This document shows, piece after piece, positions 61,671 through 64,000 of a DNA stretch of 64,000 bases. A program made the translations under genes and the position numbers. Source of the DNA: Heptranchias perlo (taxonomy: Eukaryota); assembly GCF_035084215.1 (NCBI RefSeq), contig NC_090332.1, positions 1,736,001-1,800,000 on the forward strand, read 5' to 3'. Below the pieces are notes generated by a model. The model saw only the letters and a program-made list of their open reading frames with translations, did no database searches and had not been told where the DNA came from. Position 1 is the stretch's first letter, and each line of letters starts with the position of its first letter.

Positions 61671-62609
61671 GCAGTGTTCACAGGAAGTGTGCACTTGCCT
61701 TTCGAAGTGGTACCTGGCATTGGACACAAGAAAACAACTTCTTTTGCATGTTTTTTTAAGAAGGCAAATGTCCACCTGGGCTTTACACTGCTCTGTATAT
61801 TTAGAGGTAATTTTCCGAGACCAAACCTCTGCAGGGAATTTCGCTGCCAGTGGTTGGACAATCAGGGGCAGCATCTGCTGAATTTTCAATACATTTTTCC
61901 AGTGAGCGAGATTTACAATATTGCTCCTTTACAGTCGCATTCTTGCTTTACATTTGCGTATTTTAAAAAAATCATGCAATTTCATTTTACAGACGTCAGG
62001 CTCCCTACCAGGTTGGCCATGTTCTCCCTCTGGATCGATAACATCCTTTGTATATTGGGCAAATTCCATGCCGACGGAAGAGATTCTCATGGTACTCCAT
62101 TATTAAAGAGTTTGTTGGGCTTCAACTCCAAAAAGAGCCATTCTCCTTTGTCGTCCAGTCATTATGAAAGCCGATTGAGCATTCTTTAATTACATTAGCA
62201 AGCTTAAGGTGATTTATAGCAGCTTGGAAAGTGTCAAGAGATCATTTGTTTGCATTGATGAATGCAGATTTGGTCACTAATGGATGTATTGTTTTATATC
62301 TATATTGATTTATATCCCAGTTAACGTCCTGGTTTAGAGGGTCTCTGCTATTCCTATTATGCAGCACTTTTCCTTCAACTCGTATTTTACCATTGAATTC
62401 TGTGTGAGATTTTATGCTACTCTACGCTCATCTGTTCAAATAAAAACAAACTGAGTTTGGTCCAGATTTTTCCTTCCAATATTTGGTTAAAACTTCTACT
62501 CAGTGTTGTTACTGTAAAAGAAACAGTTTCGATAACATTTATTTAAAGGAGATGATTTTTATAGTAACATTATTAGATATAAAACCAATATAATGTTGAA
62601 AGTACTTAC

Positions 62610-62966
62610 TGGTTACATTCAGCCGGGTTCCAGTTCCAAAGATTTTCCCCCAAATACCACAGATATAGTCAGCAGTGTCACTGAGCCGCACGTCAGTGAT
62701 GGTCAGAATGTAGGCGTTACTGGCAACATCTCTGGCAAGCTGAAATCGCTCAGGGATGCTCCTGGATCGGTAAACTTTGCCATTTACATAAAGACTCATT
62801 AATATATTCTGTTCATTAACCGGTGGGTGGTACCAGTGTACATCAGATTTATCCACACTGTCAGCCACATTGCCGCTCTCCATGACACACCGTGACTGCA
62901 CCGTTTGACCCTCTGACACCTTCACAACCTCTGGAGACTGGATAAGAACCAGATTTGCCTTTAGGC
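62610..62966 (-). CDS. Gene B VJ exon 1 (most 5' V exon in the window; divergent, A-like)
   Basis: ctattcacag|..A|gtaagt, 357 nt, phase 1-1; xLKANLVLIQSP..QSRC..HWY..IPERFQLARD..DTADYICGIWGKIFGTGTRLNVT. Confidence 0.92.
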
Positions 62967-63369
62967 CTGTGAATAGTAAACAATTGGAGATCAGAACAGA
63001 TGAGGAACCACAAGATATAATAATAACCTGTAACCAAAACTATTATAAAATCTCCTGTATGTTTGTGAATGGATATTGCGTATTATCATTTCTTAGTTGT
63101 TTTAAACATATCCTGAGCTTAGCTCTTTCACACTGCACTGACCAACAACCCCACAGTATAAATAGTCCAGCCCAAAAGCACACACACTGCAACTGAACTC
63201 ATAACTCCTGCTCTGGATATGTTTTTTATTGCCAGTAATGATGGAGGTCGGTATTAAAAGCAGCAGAAAATCAGGAGAAAAGCTGCTAGTTTTAGTGATA
63301 TTTCGCGATACCCAGCACAAGATTCTGATGAAGATTCAGATAAAGAAGGCTCATCCTTCCAGAATTACA

Positions 63370-63690
63370 ATCCTACCATTGTCCCATTGCAGCATCCAGC
63401 TATTTTTAAACCTGACCAGTGGTCTGGCCTCGCGTGGTGACCTATTCCAGCTGTAGATTAACATCTTCAAAGAAATATTTCCTGGTATCTGTCCTAACCT
63501 TGGGACTTTCCAATCCTGACCCTGTGCCCTCCTGCCCTGGCTCTATCTCAAATTATTGTTGTGGGTTTGCTTTATCTTCCTCCTCAGCACAGAGTGTGGT
63601 TGTCTCCTATTTTCACTTTCAGTATATGTGGCACCTTGCATTTATTCGTACTGAACTCTCCAATCATCATTAATCAGCCCAGGTGTGAAT
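63370..63690 (-). mobile_element. Old degenerate CR1 fragment
   Basis: Weak similarity to CR1 3' region (aagaaatatttcctg..ctgacc ctgtgccct). Confidence 0.5.
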
Positions 63691-64000
63691 CCTGTTGAGC
63701 CCTCCTTATAAGATCTTGGCTGCATCCTCTGAATCCACAGTCCTCCCCCACAAAGTTGCGTAGCCGTTCAGAACTCGACCCTTTCCCACCGTCTCCGCAA
63801 TTAAGCTGCAGGATTCTGCAGGCGCATGAGGCGGTCGCCTAAAGTAGGCCTTGTGAACTAATGCAATTTCGGGGTCCTGTCGGTATTTTACCCGATGGTA
63901 TTTTACCCGGGGTCTGAGAAGGGGCAGCCGCTGTGGTTCTCCTGCCTGGCTGTAGGTCAGCATCTGGTGGGAGGGACGGGGAGACCCTCCAAGGTAAGTC

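Noticed and set aside
61641-62189. 182-aa ORF on +
   Set aside because: No recognisable domain or splice context; antisense within a gene B intron
41301-62966. Rearranging Ig light-chain or TCR locus
   Set aside because: No RSS, no separate J segments and no C1 exon; V exons are pre-joined and lead to TM and ITIM exons
63250-63301. Leader-like stretch on minus strand (ISLKLAAFLLIFCCF*Y) about 280 nt upstream of VJ1
   Set aside because: Would need three lesions (ATA for ATG, in-frame TAA, GA for GT donor). Not supportable as an exon, though if it is the decayed leader gene B could be a pseudogene; needs 5' RACE

Overview
Vertebrate genomic DNA, most likely a shark or ray (inferred from CR1 LINEs with (ATTCTATG)n tails, Deu-domain tRNA-SINEs, L2, Harbinger and Penelope remnants). 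Most of the window is transposon or tandem-repeat DNA. Embedded in it are two convergent (tail-to-tail) paralogous genes for type I membrane receptors. They are built from non-rearranging, germline-joined V-J immunoglobulin domains, an uncharged TM helix and ITIM/ITSM-bearing tails. Gene A (+, 3' part only) has one VJ exon (1045-1392), a TM exon (2099-2249) and four cytoplasmic exons ending at about 7896. Gene B (-) has four intact VJ exons (62610-62966, 51646-51990, 43334-43681, 41301-41645), a destroyed fifth VJ exon (37552-40322), a TM exon (34919-35060) and cytoplasmic exons ending at 26194; no intact leader exon was found in the window. The VJ exons are almost identical between copies (347/348 nt between genes A and B) while introns, TM and tails are strongly diverged. 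The two tails have lost complementary tyrosine motifs. All exon models are manual reconstructions from splice signals and phase consistency, without transcript data or database searches.
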